Below are positions 38,501 through 50,810 of a stretch of DNA of 64,000 nt, piece after piece (positions within the stretch are counted from its first letter, which is position 1; the number at the start of each line of letters is the position of its first letter). The stretch spans positions 34,978,304 through 35,042,303 of the forward strand of contig NC_092671.1 of the NCBI RefSeq assembly GCF_964355755.1, given 5' to 3'. The position numbers and the translations under genes were made by a program. This stretch comes from Antedon mediterranea. Its lineage: Eukaryota > Animalia > Echinodermata. The notes below the pieces were generated by a model. That model saw only the letters and a program-made list of their open reading frames with translations, did not search any database and was not told the DNA's origin.

Positions 38501-39381
38501 CGTTGTCAACCAAGAATTTTTCTGTTGCAGAAATGAGATAAGACGAAATTTTTTATCTGAAGGCAGGAGAAAAAAAATACAGTTTTCCAGTTTGGAAAAA
38601 ATAAAAAATACCCACAATGAAGCAAACACAAAATTCCTCTTATTATTATATTTTTTGACTTGCTAGCTTAACATCCTGCTCCCGATTGATTGTCCTAAAG
38701 GATACACATTTTATACATGACAATTTATATACGCAACAATATATATTGTACAGTATGTGACAATTAGTACTCATGCACTCATAACATTGGGTTTTTTTTA
38801 TCCACGAATAAATCCTGTAAATGTGTATTGAAATGTACAGTACTTTGCCCTCTACTGAATACATTATACTATGAATTATTAATAATTTATCGCTCTTTTT
38901 ACTGTTTTACAGTACAGTTAGTTAACCTTGAAAATTGAATTATCAATTTAAAAGTCCCTGTTCATTAATGTAAATGGTACAAATTAGCTTTTAACTATTA
39001 AATTTCTTATTGCTGCTCATATTGACAATACTATTGAGGGACAAAATCTGCTTGAAATAATTATTTTGCATTTTTAAAGGATGAAAAAGGCATAATCTAG
39101 ATTACTAGGAAATACTATTATTATTAATAATAATTATTATAATAAATGTAATAATCGCTGTACAGAACAGTCTCATGATGATAATGATCAGATAATTTTA
39201 TTTAAACACACCTAATGTATCGTGGTATTTGATTGGTTGATTTTGTAATTTTGAAATTATTGTTTGATGTGGTGGGCATAAATATTGCGTGGCCAGAGTC
39301 TCATCCTGAGTTTTGAATAAAGAATTGGACTACTGTATGTAAAAGCGACATGCAAAGATTCAGAAATACTGTAGATAAAGG

Positions 39382-41283
39382 CAGTGTTCTCCCCAGGATT
39401 CAAATCAAGCGTCACGCTTGGGGCCGCCCGCCCCCCCCCCCCACCCCCGAGGGGGAGGGGCATTCCGACACTAAGTACTTGAGTCACAGCCCCACCATGG
39501 TTGGGGCTGTGGCGAAGCGATTTTGGGTAATTTACACCCTAGATGGCCGGAAATGGTACTCTCGCACATAACATTTATGTTGAATGACACCTCTGGTTTG
39601 GCCGGAAATAACACTTATAGCGCGCTAGCAAACAACAAAACGGTCGTAGCCAACTTTTTCCGCCGGTAAACATACGCGAAGAAACATTTTTTGCGTTCAT
39701 TACGAACGTCAGGGGGAAGCCCCAATGAAAAAATAGGCCTAATCTATTAGCCTACTCATCAGTAGGACAACTCTAGTTGGCCGGAAACGAAACTTTATAG
39801 CGCACTAGCAAACAGTAAAACCATCGTAGCATACTTTTTCCGCCAGTAAACATACGCGATAAAAAAATGTTTTTGCGTTCAATACGAACGTCAAGGGGAA
39901 TTCCCCGATGAAATAAAACTAGGCCTACTCATGAGTAGGACAACTCTGTAGTTGGCCGGAAAGACACTTCATAGCGCGCTAGCAAACCGCACGATCGTAG
40001 CCTGCTTTTTCCGCCGGTAAACATACGCGATAAGAAACATTTTTTGCGTTCATTACGAACGTCAAGGGGAATTCCCCGATGAAATAAAAAATGCCTACTC
40101 ATCAGTAGGACAACTCTGTAGTTGGCCGGAAAGGACACTTCATAGCGCGCTAGCAAACAGCCCGATTGAGCCTACTTAAACATACTGTACGCGATATATG
40201 AAAAAAAAAAATGCCTACTCATCAGTAGGCAACTGTAGTTAGCCGGAAACGACACCTCATAGCGCGTTAGCAAACATTAAAACGATCGTAGCCTACTTTT
40301 TTTTTCCGCCGGCGGGTAAGCATATGCGATAAAAAAACATTTTTTGCGTTCAAATACAAACATCGGCGGCAAGTCCCGATGAAATAAAACTATAGGCCTA
40401 CTCATTAGTAAGACACCTCTAGTTGCCCGGAAATAAGACTTCATAGCGCACTAGGAAATAGGAAAACATTCGAAAGAGAGACATGGCAGTAACAAAACAC
40501 GTGCTTACACTCTCGGCGGCGGCCGGTGAAAGCACCATGTGACATACAGTATCGCAGTACTGATATATCACAATACCATGTGACATCCCTTGTCACTCGA
40601 CTTTCTCACGAAGTAGGGCCTAAAACATTCTACCCCCACCGACGTACAAATGTACCTTAAGTTAAGTGAAATAAGACTTTAGCGCACTAGCAAATAGGAA
40701 AACGATCGTAGCCTTCTTGAATGTATTATACGATCAAAGCAGCTAGCATTGAATTGCGCCTAGAAATCATTTGATGACGTGCGTATGTTACCGACGAAAG
40801 AGTAAATCCCACCGATAGAGTCGATTAATTCAGTGTGATATTGAAAATAATAATATCATCGATATTTATTTTTAATACACATAACATTTTTACAAGAAAA
40901 ACAATACAATCAATCATTTACTTTATTTACAATATACAAGTTACTACATTTTAGACAACAGCCAAATACTAGAGATCGAAAGAGAGACATGGCAGTAACA
41001 AAACACGTGTTTACATCTCTCGGCGGCGGCCGGTGAAAGCGAGTCTCAGTTGTTTAACACTTTGTTACGCAGTCTTTTGTTTTTCGTCTAGTGGTCATGT
41101 CACGTGTCTCGTGTGCATTAGGCTCTTTATGCATGCCGCAGAGAAAGTACCGTACCTCCTGCCTGTTAATCTATTTTTAGATTGTTGTTATTTTTAAGCG
41201 TCACGGATAAGGTTTTAAGCGTCACGGTAGAGAACCCAAGCGTCACGGTACCGTGACGCTTCAAAGGCCTGGGGAGAACACTG
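39382..41283. mobile_element. Non-autonomous hAT-type element with 5-bp TSD (hAT5-like)
   Basis: Perfect 16-bp TIR cagtgttctccccagg; AAAGG at 39377-39381 and 41284-41288; subterminal aagcgtcac repeats; internal ~175-bp tandem units. Confidence 0.88.
39595..40465. repeat. ~175-bp internal tandem repeat (~5 copies) of the hAT-type element
   Basis: ggccggaaa..catagcgcgctagcaaac..tttttccgccggtaaacatacgcga recurs at ~39600, 39779, 39954, 40123, 40241 and 40425. Confidence 0.9.
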
Positions 41284-42409
41284 AAAGGTTTCACTGTTCT
41301 GTGTAATATACAGTATTTTGCAATAGAAACTGACTTTTGTCCTTCATTCGAAACAACTTTATTATACGGTAAGCCCGAGGCTTTCTTTACAATGCCATTT
41401 AAAATTGTCACAAATTTGTAAACACAAACACATTTTGTTTATATTTTTTGTGTGCACATATTTTGATTTTTTGTTTGTAATCCTCTATTACTGCATTTCA
41501 AACTGAATACTATACTTTATGTTTTGCACCTGACTAGATTAAATAAATTGTGACATCAACTGGTAGCTTATACAGTGACATCTAATAAAGTTATAATTGT
41601 CAATAATGGCTTGCAATACAATAGTAAATCGTAATGGAATAATTATTGCTTAAGGTCATAGTTGATTCTAAAAATATCCCATTTGTAATGGTGGAAATCC
41701 AAATCCAAAACAAGTCTGTAAAACTACTATAAGGACGGTACTATACATTCTTTAGAATACAATTGTACACTGTACATGCATACAGTACAGTTAGCTGATT
41801 TTGGTAAACAGGGAATAATTTCAGTTTAAATACAGGTAACAATATTTATTACAGTTTTATTAATTATTATAAAGTTGTGAACATGTCTTGATGATCTTCC
41901 AAAGGTTCCAAGACAAAGATTCATTCATAGGCGAAGATAAAGTATACAGTATCAGGTATCTCTAACTAAAACTAACAGTCAATATTGCAGTTAGTAATGT
42001 GGACTGTTGAGAATTATATAATTGCCCGTCTTTAAAAAACCCAATAGTTTTGGACATTTTTTTGTCTCCAAACCTAAAATTACTCTACAGTTTGTTTACC
42101 TTATTAAATTTTTATTACACTACAGAGCCACTTCCTGGAGCTAAATTCTCTTCCTTTATTTAATAATACTAATAGCAATCATTTTCTAATTTTAAAACCA
42201 AGTTAAATTATATTTTGAAGATAAGCAATGATTTTTTGTGAATGTCTGCCTGCCAGTGCCATCTCTGAATTTTGATTTAAATATACTGTAAAGTAGTTAA
42301 AACTTTTATAAAAACAATTTAGGATACAGTAATGTAGTAATTTGATGTTCTGATATTAAACTGTCTGTATATTTGTGGGTATTGCTAAACTGCGCAAACT
42401 GCGCAAACT

Positions 42410-44633
42410 GCGCAAACAACAAAAAAAGCTGTGCAAACCTCCTTCAAAACAATTAATATTGATTAGAACACAACTAGAACTATATAGGGAGACAATTTAT
42501 GAGAAAAAAAATTTGAAATTCCTTTAAGTTTGCCTTTTTTTGGGTGAAAAACTTCAATTTTTGGGAAAATTACTGATTTAACAGCGCAAAGAACAAAAAA
42601 AGCTGCGCAAACCTCCTTCAAAACAATTAATAGTGATAGAACACAACTAGAACTATATAGAGAGACAATTTATGGGAAAAAAAAATTTGAAATTCCTTTC
42701 AGTTTGCCTTTTTTTGGGTGAAAAACTTCAATTTTTGGGAAAATTACTGATTTCACAGCGCAAAGAACAAAAAAAGCTGCGCAAACCTCCTTCAAAACAA
42801 TTAATATTGATTAGAACACAACTAGACCTAAATAGGGAGACAATTTATGAGAAAAAAAATTTGAAATTCCTTTAAGTTTGGCTTTTTTTGGGTTAAAAAC
42901 TTCAATTTTTGGGAAAATTACTGATTTCACAGCGCAAACAACAAAAAAAGCTGCGCAAACCTCCTTCAAAACAATTAATATTGATAGAACACAACTAGAA
43001 CTATATAGGGAGACAATTTATGGGAAAAAAAATTTGAAATTCCTTTAAGTTTGCCTTTTTTTGGGTGAAAAACTTAAATTTTTGGGAAAATTACTGATTT
43101 CACAGCGCAAAGAACAAAAAAAGCACCGCAAACCTCCTTTAAATCTATTAATATTGATTAAAACACAACTAGACCTATATAGGGAGACAATTTATGGGGA
43201 AAAAAATTTGAAATTCCTTTAAGTTTGCTCTTTTTTGGGTGAAAAACTTAAATTTTTTTTAGGGAAAATTACTGATTTCACAGCTCAAAAAAAAAAAGCT
43301 GCGCAAACCTTCTTTAAATCAATTAATATTGATTAAAACACAACTAGAACTATATAGGGAGACAATTTTATGGGGAAAAAATTTGAAATTTCTTTAAGTT
43401 TGCCCTTTTTTGGGTGAAAAACTTAAATTTTTGGGAAAATTACTGATTTCACAGCGCAAACAACAAAAAAAGCTGCGCAAACCTCCTTCAAAACAATTAA
43501 TATTGATAGAACACAACTAGAACTATATAGGGAGACAATTTATGGGAAAAGAAATTTGAAATTCCTTTAAGTTTGCCTTTTTTTGGGTGAAAAACTTCAA
43601 TTTTTGGGAAAATTACTGATTTCACAGCGCAAAGAACAAAAAAAGCAGCGCAAACCTCCTTTAAATCTCTTAATATTGATTAAAACACAACTAGACCTAT
43701 ATAGGGAGACAATTTATGGGGAAAAAAATTTGAAATTCCTTTAAGTTTGCTCTTTTTTGGGTGAAAAACTTTAATTTTTGGGAAAATTACTGATTTCACA
43801 GCTCAAAAAAAAAAAAGCTGCGCAAACCTCCTTCAAAACAATTAATATTGATAGAACACAACTAGAACTATATAGGGAGACAATTTATGGGAAAAGAAAT
43901 TTGAAATTCCTTTAAGTTTGCCTTTTTTTGGGTGAAAAACTTCAATTTTTGGGAAAATTACTGATTTCACAGCGCAAAGAACAAAAAAAGCTGCGCAAAC
44001 CTCCTTTAAATCTATTAATATTGATTAAAACACAACTAGACCTATATAGGGAGACAATTTATGGGGAAAAAAATTTGAAATTCCTTTAAGTTTGCTCTTT
44101 TTTGGGTGAAAAACTTTAATTTTTGGGAAAATTAGTGATTTCACAGCTCAAAAAAAAAAAAGCTGCGCAAACCTCCTTCAAAACAATTAATATTGATAGA
44201 ACACAACTAGAACTATATAGGGAGACAATTTATGGGAAAAAAAATTGAAATTCCTTTAAGTTTGCCTTTTTTTTGGGTGAAAAACTTAAATTTTTGGGAA
44301 AATTACTGATTTCACAGCTCAAACAACAAAAAAAGCTGCGCAAACCTCCTTTAAATCAATTAATATTGATTAAAACACAACTAGAACTATATAGGGAGAC
44401 AATTTATGAGAAAAAAAATTTAAAATTCCTTTAAGTTTGCCTTTTTTTGGGTGAAAAACTTCAATTTTTGGGAAAATTACTGATTTCACAGCGCAAACAA
44501 CAAAAAAAGCTGCGCAAACCTCCTTTAAATCAATTAATATTTATTAGAACACAACTAGACCTATATAGGGAGACAATTTATGGGGAAAAAAATTTGAAAT
44601 TCCTTTAAGTTTGCCTTTTTTTGGTTAAAAACT
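42410..44633 (+). repeat. Left arm: 13 copies of a ~173-bp unit
   Basis: gcgcaaacctcc recurs from 42431 to 44512 every ~173 bp. Confidence 0.95.
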
Positions 44634-44860
44634 ATTAATGTCCATCGTTATTATTCTAAGAAATGTGCCACCAATTACGAACGGAAAATTACTTACATTG
44701 ATGACACAATAATTGGAAAATATGTAGCTGTTCACGAATACAGAGGAGTGTTAAACGTAACTGCACCACATAGGAACTCTAATACAATCAATCATATGTA
44801 AGGACAGACCCTGAAATTCTTAATAAAGTAAGGAATCAATGCCACGCAAACTGTGAAATC
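44631..44860 (+). pseudogene. Frameshifted Mutator-like transposase fragment
   Basis: VHRYYSKKCATNYERKITYI...VAVHEYRGVLNVTAPHRNSN, then in another frame QSYVRTDPEILNKVR; recalls the RYY..Y.R....VEY.G..PHGNS..Y.RT.P motif of invertebrate MULE-type transposases (from memory). Confidence 0.55.
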
Positions 44861-44879
44861 TGTGAAATCTGTAATTTAA

Positions 44880-45895
44880 ATTTTTTAATTTAAAAAAAAA
44901 GGCAAACTTACAGCAATTTCAAATTGTTTTCCCATAAATTGTCTCCCTATATAGTTTAGTTGTTATCTAATCAATATTAATTGTTTTGAAGGAGGTTTGC
45001 GCAGCTTTTTTTTTTTGAGCTGTGAAATCAGTAATTTCCCCAAAAATTGAAGTTTTTCACCCAAAAAAAGGCAAATTTAAAGGAATTTCAAATTTGTTTT
45101 CCCATAAATTGTCTCCCTATATAGTTTAGTTGTTATCTAATCAATATTAATTGATTTAAAGGAGGTTTGCCCAGCTTTTTTTGTTGTTTGCGCTGTGAAA
45201 TCAGTAATTTTCCCAAAAATTGAAGTTTTTCACTCAAAAAAGGCAAACTTAAAGGAATTTCAATTTTTTTCCCCATAAATTGTCTCCCTATATAGTTCTA
45301 GTTGTGTTCTATCAATATTAATTGTTTTGAAGGAGGTTTGCGCAACTTTTTTTTGTTGTTTGCGCTGTGAAATCAGTAATTTTCCCAAAAATTGAAGTTT
45401 TTCACCCAAAAAAAGGCAAACTTAAAGGAATTTTAAATTTTTTCCCCATAAATTGTCTCCCTATATAGGTCTAGTTGTGTTTTAATCAATATTATTAATT
45501 GATTTAAAGGAGGTTTGCGCAGCTTTTTTTGGAGGTTTGCGCTGTGAAATCAGTAATTTTCCCAAAAATTGAAGTTTTTCACCCAATAAAGGGCAAACTT
45601 AAAGGAATTTCAAATTTTTTTTCTCATAAATTGTCTCCCTATATAGTTCTAGTTGTGTTCTAATCAATAATAATTGTTTTGAAGGAGGTTTGCGCAGCAT
45701 TTTTTGTTGTTTGCACTGTGAAATCAGTAATTTTCCCAAAAATTGAAGTTTTTAACCCAAAAAAAGGCAAACTTAAAGGAATTTCAAATTTTTTTTCTCA
45801 TAAATTGTCTCCCTATATAGTTCTAGTTGGGTTCTAATCAATAATAATTGTTTTGAAGGAGGTTTGCGCAGCTTTTTTTGTTGTTTGCGCAGTGT
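44880..45895 (-). repeat. Right arm: 6 inverted copies of the same ~173-bp unit
   Basis: ggaggtttgc(g/c)ca recurs at ~44991, 45161, 45332, 45509, 45684 and 45858. Confidence 0.95.
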
Positions 45896-48800
45896 TTGCG
45901 CAGTTTAGCAATACCCTATATTTGTTAGTTATTTGTGTAGAGGACATCTTTAAGTGTGCTCTGTATACTGCAGTAGTACCATACTTGTACCCTCTTGAAA
46001 TAAAGTTGAATGAATAATTTGTAATTAAATATTAATACCTGTAGATAATTTAACAATGCTGCCATTTTAATTGTTTTTGATAAATAATTTTTTTCAAGTG
46101 TATAAAGTAGTAAATTCCTTAAATTATATTTAGTTCCGGGATCAGAAAGAAATTGTGTCAAGTGGCTTAAATAAAGATCTGTCTACACTATCAAACTAGT
46201 TTGACGAAAAATTATGTGCCCAAAATGGTAGTAATATAACCAAATATGATAGTTGACATGATATCATCATGTCCATATATGAGCATCACATTTTTTTGTC
46301 ACAACAAAATTGATAGTGTAGACACAGCTTTAGTTTTTATTCCTTGTTCAACAAGTTGTTTTTATTTTCTCCTTATTGAAATTTTAAATAATCTAGTAAT
46401 CTCTATCACAGTGCCTTTAAAGACGGTACAATAGTTTACCATTCCAGTTTTGTATAAAACTGTAAATTAAATTAAAATATGGAGCTAGTGTAAAATGTAC
46501 TGAACAGCACTGTAGGCCAAAAAAAAGTCTCTCTCCCTAATAATCAAACATGGTTTCCACTATGACGCAATGTAACGCAACACAGTGGCGTATCAACGCA
46601 AAGTGCTGTATTGTGCATTCACAAGTCGGAAACGAAAATGCAAAAATCGCTATGGAAAATCCATTTGATTTTACGCAATGACGCAAGAACAACAGAAACA
46701 TGACAGTGCATGGTGAAGAATGCTGGTAATTTGGTCTTGTTCAAGTACTGTACGTACTTAACAATTTGCTGACTCTTTCATTTTTCCTACTCATTCTCTA
46801 TTCTCAGAGCATGTTTCTATACCAGTATTGTAGATGAAATTATAATGAAAAATACTGATACCATCATGTTTTATACTGTCTGCACTGCAATTACTGTATG
46901 CGTGATTATGACATATGTTCTAAAATTAGTATCCAGTTTCTAGGATGTACCTGTTTGTATGATCTTAGGTCGTGTTCGTACGGTGGTTAAAATAAGCGCT
47001 TAATTTCACCCATGCCTCGGGTTATAAATTGAGCGTTGTTCGTACTTGAAATATTTAACCGCTTAAATGCTTAATCGACGAATCACAAACCGGAAATTAC
47101 GTTTTAAGGTCAGTTGTCTTTACAACCTACGACCCCATTTTCGCACGCTAGTTTCGTGTTGTATATTTTTTACTCGCGATCTTTCTTTACAATAACAATT
47201 ACTTGCTACCTTTTACACTGCTTATCCTTGCGACAAACCTTATGCCTCTTAACGCCGATAATCCTGCCGAAATATGCCTTCTCCTGACGACCATTATTTT
47301 ACTCATTGACGAAGAATTTGAGCCCAATGTTACACGACGGAAACACCACCGACCAGCGGCTCCCCGACCAGCTAGGCCTACTAAGCGGTCTACACCAACA
47401 AGGACAGCACCAGCTGACGATCGCTCTCGAAGCGTGTATGGAAGAGCTTCGTAGGAGAAATGACGGGCCTAGGCAGCGACACATTGCCTCTATCGGAGAT
47501 TTATTATCCTCGAAGGCCGAGTATAATTGGATTATCGCTGAAATAACCTGCAAATTTGGTGAACATTTTACCTCGAATTTTTTGTAGCCTGAGGCAAAAG
47601 TTAATTGGATCACGCGAACGGAAATCGGGAATAAGCTGGTATTTTCAACCCCTACGAACAGGCCCATACAGTAGTTTTTACTACTACCATATTTAAGTAA
47701 TACCACAAAAAGTAATTAAAAAATTATTTACTTTTATTTGAATTTAAATCCTTTAGTATTTATGAATAAATAATATGAGTAATGTTTAAATAATTTATAC
47801 ATTATTAATTAATAGCTATATTTATGCAAAGATTTATTGCTTATTGGTCCGTTGTATATTGTAATAATAATATACGAAAGTAATTTAAATACTGTAGTAA
47901 AATATTTATAATAAAATACAATAGCTACTGTAAACGATGATAAATAAAAGGGTACAGTTTAATAGCTCTGATGCAAATGGAAAAATTTGCTATTATATTG
48001 TTGACCTTTGACATTTTAACAAATTTTCCAGGTCAGTCTTTAAATTAGCAAGGTCAGTTACCTGCTGTTAATTTTATGAACTTTGCAAAACCACTCAAAC
48101 GAAAGAAAGGCTTTCTAAAAAGGAATTGAAGTTACTGTATAGTGTTTAGGATCTTTTGTCTTATGGATAGATATGTAGTACTGATGGAAACTACAGTTAT
48201 GTACATTTACAAAAAACAGGCCCTACTATAGGCCTACTATACATACAGTATTCACTGCAGCTCTGTCTACACTATCAAACTAGAGGAGAAAAAAAGTGTG
48301 CATGTGCCCAAATATGGTAGTGATATGACATCATGTCCATACAATATAGTATATGGGCACATCACATGTTTTTGTTATATAAAGTTTGATAGTGCAGACA
48401 GAGCTTAACGTTTTTCTAATGTTTTGATTGTTTTTGTTTTAGCATTGTACAGTACTGTATATTGGCTAACTCCACTCCACTTAACAAGCTTCTCAAATGT
48501 ATTTACTGTATAAGCCCCAAATGTAAAGTTGCACTCTGTACACAATAACATTCATAACACTCTTTATTTCTCTCCATACTACAATCTTTTATTATAGCTG
48601 TCACAAGCACTTTACTATCAGTCTTATTTACTCACACACACAGAGGTGCAGGCTTATTGTACATACAGCCTTTATAGAACCTTGCCATTTGTCACTGATT
48701 TGACAAACAATTTTTGTCTTTATGCAATTTTTCGTTTAGTAATAGTACAGTATTTATTCCCCATGGTTACACAATAATGTCCATGGTTACACAGTGTATA

Positions 48801-49264
48801 CAGCTGCTGTTGCTGAATTAATAGAATGAAAAATACCATATTAGGTAATAAAGTACAAAGAAAGATAGCCAAACAGTTAATGTCTGACACCTACAGTACA
48901 GTACAACAATAAAGCATTACTTATGGAGTGGAGTTATAGCCTGTCCTGGTGGTTTACTGTACAGTACAGTAGATGCTCAGCTGCTACTGATTTGGTTCAA
49001 ATCCTGTCAGATGCCAAGGGGTTTTTCTCTTGACAGGACAACTCCACTCCCAATGACTTGTAATACCAATTTTTGTGGATTTTTACTTTATGTTGAACCA
49101 AAGAAACAAAAAGAAATAAATTACCTTATTTGGAACCAGATGAATTTATTCAATATTGTAATAATACCAATACTAATAGAATTTGTGTAGATTGTCTAAT
49201 GCATTAGAAATTTTTTTTTTTGTTATTAAATAATAATAAGGGTTAGGGTTAGGTCAGTACCTAT

Positions 49265-49755
49265 CTCGTTGAAAAGGTCTTCAACCAATGCATCATACCA
49301 ACCCTTATCTACAGTTCTGAAACATGGACCATTACTATTGCGTCTTGGAAAAGGCTTGACAGAAAGGGCAATGGAAAGAATACTAATAGGTGTTACAAAG
49401 AAAGATAAAGTGTCAAATACAAATCTCAGATCTAAATCAGGAGTTCAGGACATAATAAGCATAGACTACCAACACCACTTTTGGTTTGTGTAAATGGAGG
49501 TGGGCAGGAAATCTGGCCAGGAGATATGACAACAGATGGACAGTCAGACTAACAAATTGGACTCCAAGAACCTACAGTACAATAGAGGCAGAGGGAGACA
49601 AAAGATAAGATGGTGGGATGAACTTACAACACATGGTGGCATTGCATGGCATTTAAGAATAGCTAGAGACATAAGTGAATGGTCAATTGGTAAAGAGTCC
49701 TTCGTCCTGCAATGGAAAGAAATAGGTTAAGAAAAAGAAGAAATAATAATAATAA
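49265..49755 (+). mobile_element. RTE-clade LINE 3' fragment
   Basis: Disrupted RT C-terminus: KRVFNQCIIP..SETWT..TERAMERILIGVTKKDKVSN..KWRWAG..RGRGRQKIRWWDEL..FVLQWKEIG*; (AAT)n tail. Confidence 0.9.
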
Positions 49756-50684
49756 TTTATTTGGAAGCTATTTGTAAACCGCTTTATTAGCCACTAGCCT
49801 TAACGGCTATGTGGCTATCTGGCCTCTCCAGGAGACTTGCCTCCAAACTGCCATCAAATTTTTTTTAAATAAATAGAAAATAAAATAGCATTTTTATACT
49901 ACCGAAGTAATTGCATTTAACGTCCAATCTAACATCTTCGTTTATTGTAATGATTGCCTATAGAGTCTTTTAATCACTAATATTTTATTTATTTTTATTT
50001 GTTTTTTTAAATTATTATTTATAATAAATATATTTCAGAATAAATATTAATTATTATTATTATTCATCATCATTTTAATTTTTAGAATCAATTATCTCCA
50101 AGGATAACAATTTTTATTCCATGCCTTAATTAAAAATAGTATTGTTGGTATCAATTTACAGTATTTGTCAAGACAATTGCACTGTATTCATTTAGACAGA
50201 AAATATGTCTGATTATCCAAGTATCTCGGTAAAGAATTGATTAAAATGTTACTGGGCGTTCAAATCAATATGGAAAATGATTTGATATATGCATGACATA
50301 TTATGTAGTGATGATTTCATAAGAGTCAATTTGCAAATCAGTTTTTATGGTTCAATTATTATGCAAACTTTCGTTGCTCAATGTAGCGTAACGATAGGAT
50401 TGGATTTTTCTCGACTTGCAGACAGCTACTGTATTCAGATAATTGTTAGCAACGTTTTTGGGGCTATATACCTATACAAGAATAGTTGAAATATGTCCTG
50501 ATATATTTTTAGTACAGTAGTCATACAGTACATCACAGTACATTATGATCTTAAAAAACTGAATCAATTTTTACAGCTTACTACAGTACATGTCGGTCGG
50601 TTGGTCATTCGGACGGTAATCACTAAATTGAGCACGCTACTGCAGTCATGTATATGACCTTGTTAATGTCATCAAATTCTTCCT

Positions 50685-50810
50685 AAAGCTTGGTTCGCAC
50701 TAGGAAATAACGCGACGTAGCAATTTAAAGCAATCACAAGCTAGGGATTATCTAAATTTGCACTTGCATTGCGCTTACGTCCTTGCGTCCTATAGTGGAA
50801 ACCAAGTTTA
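50685..50810. mobile_element. MITE family B (Harbinger-like)
   Basis: TIR aagcttggttc(c/g)cactag and tagtgg(g/a)aaccaag; second copy at ~52768-52925; fragments at ~12745-12800 and ~46548-46690. Confidence 0.7.

Larger units (their letters stand above)
42377..45916. mobile_element. Foldback (Mutator/MULE-like) element with satellite-built inverted arms
   Basis: Ends gggtattgctaaactgcgcaaac and gtttgcgcagtttagcaataccc; perfect 9-bp TSD TATATTTGT (42368-42376, 45917-45925). Confidence 0.93.

Noticed and set aside
42672-42875. Lys-rich 67-aa ORF
   Set aside because: Chance read-through of one satellite monomer; neighbouring monomers have stops.
47299-47706. Longest ORF-track entry (135 aa) as a real gene
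   Set aside because: Non-ATG start, no recognisable domain and overlapping ORFs on both strands; explained by locally higher GC.
49240-49253. Telomeric repeat (ggttagggttagg)
   Set aside because: Only about two units; too short to call an interstitial telomere.
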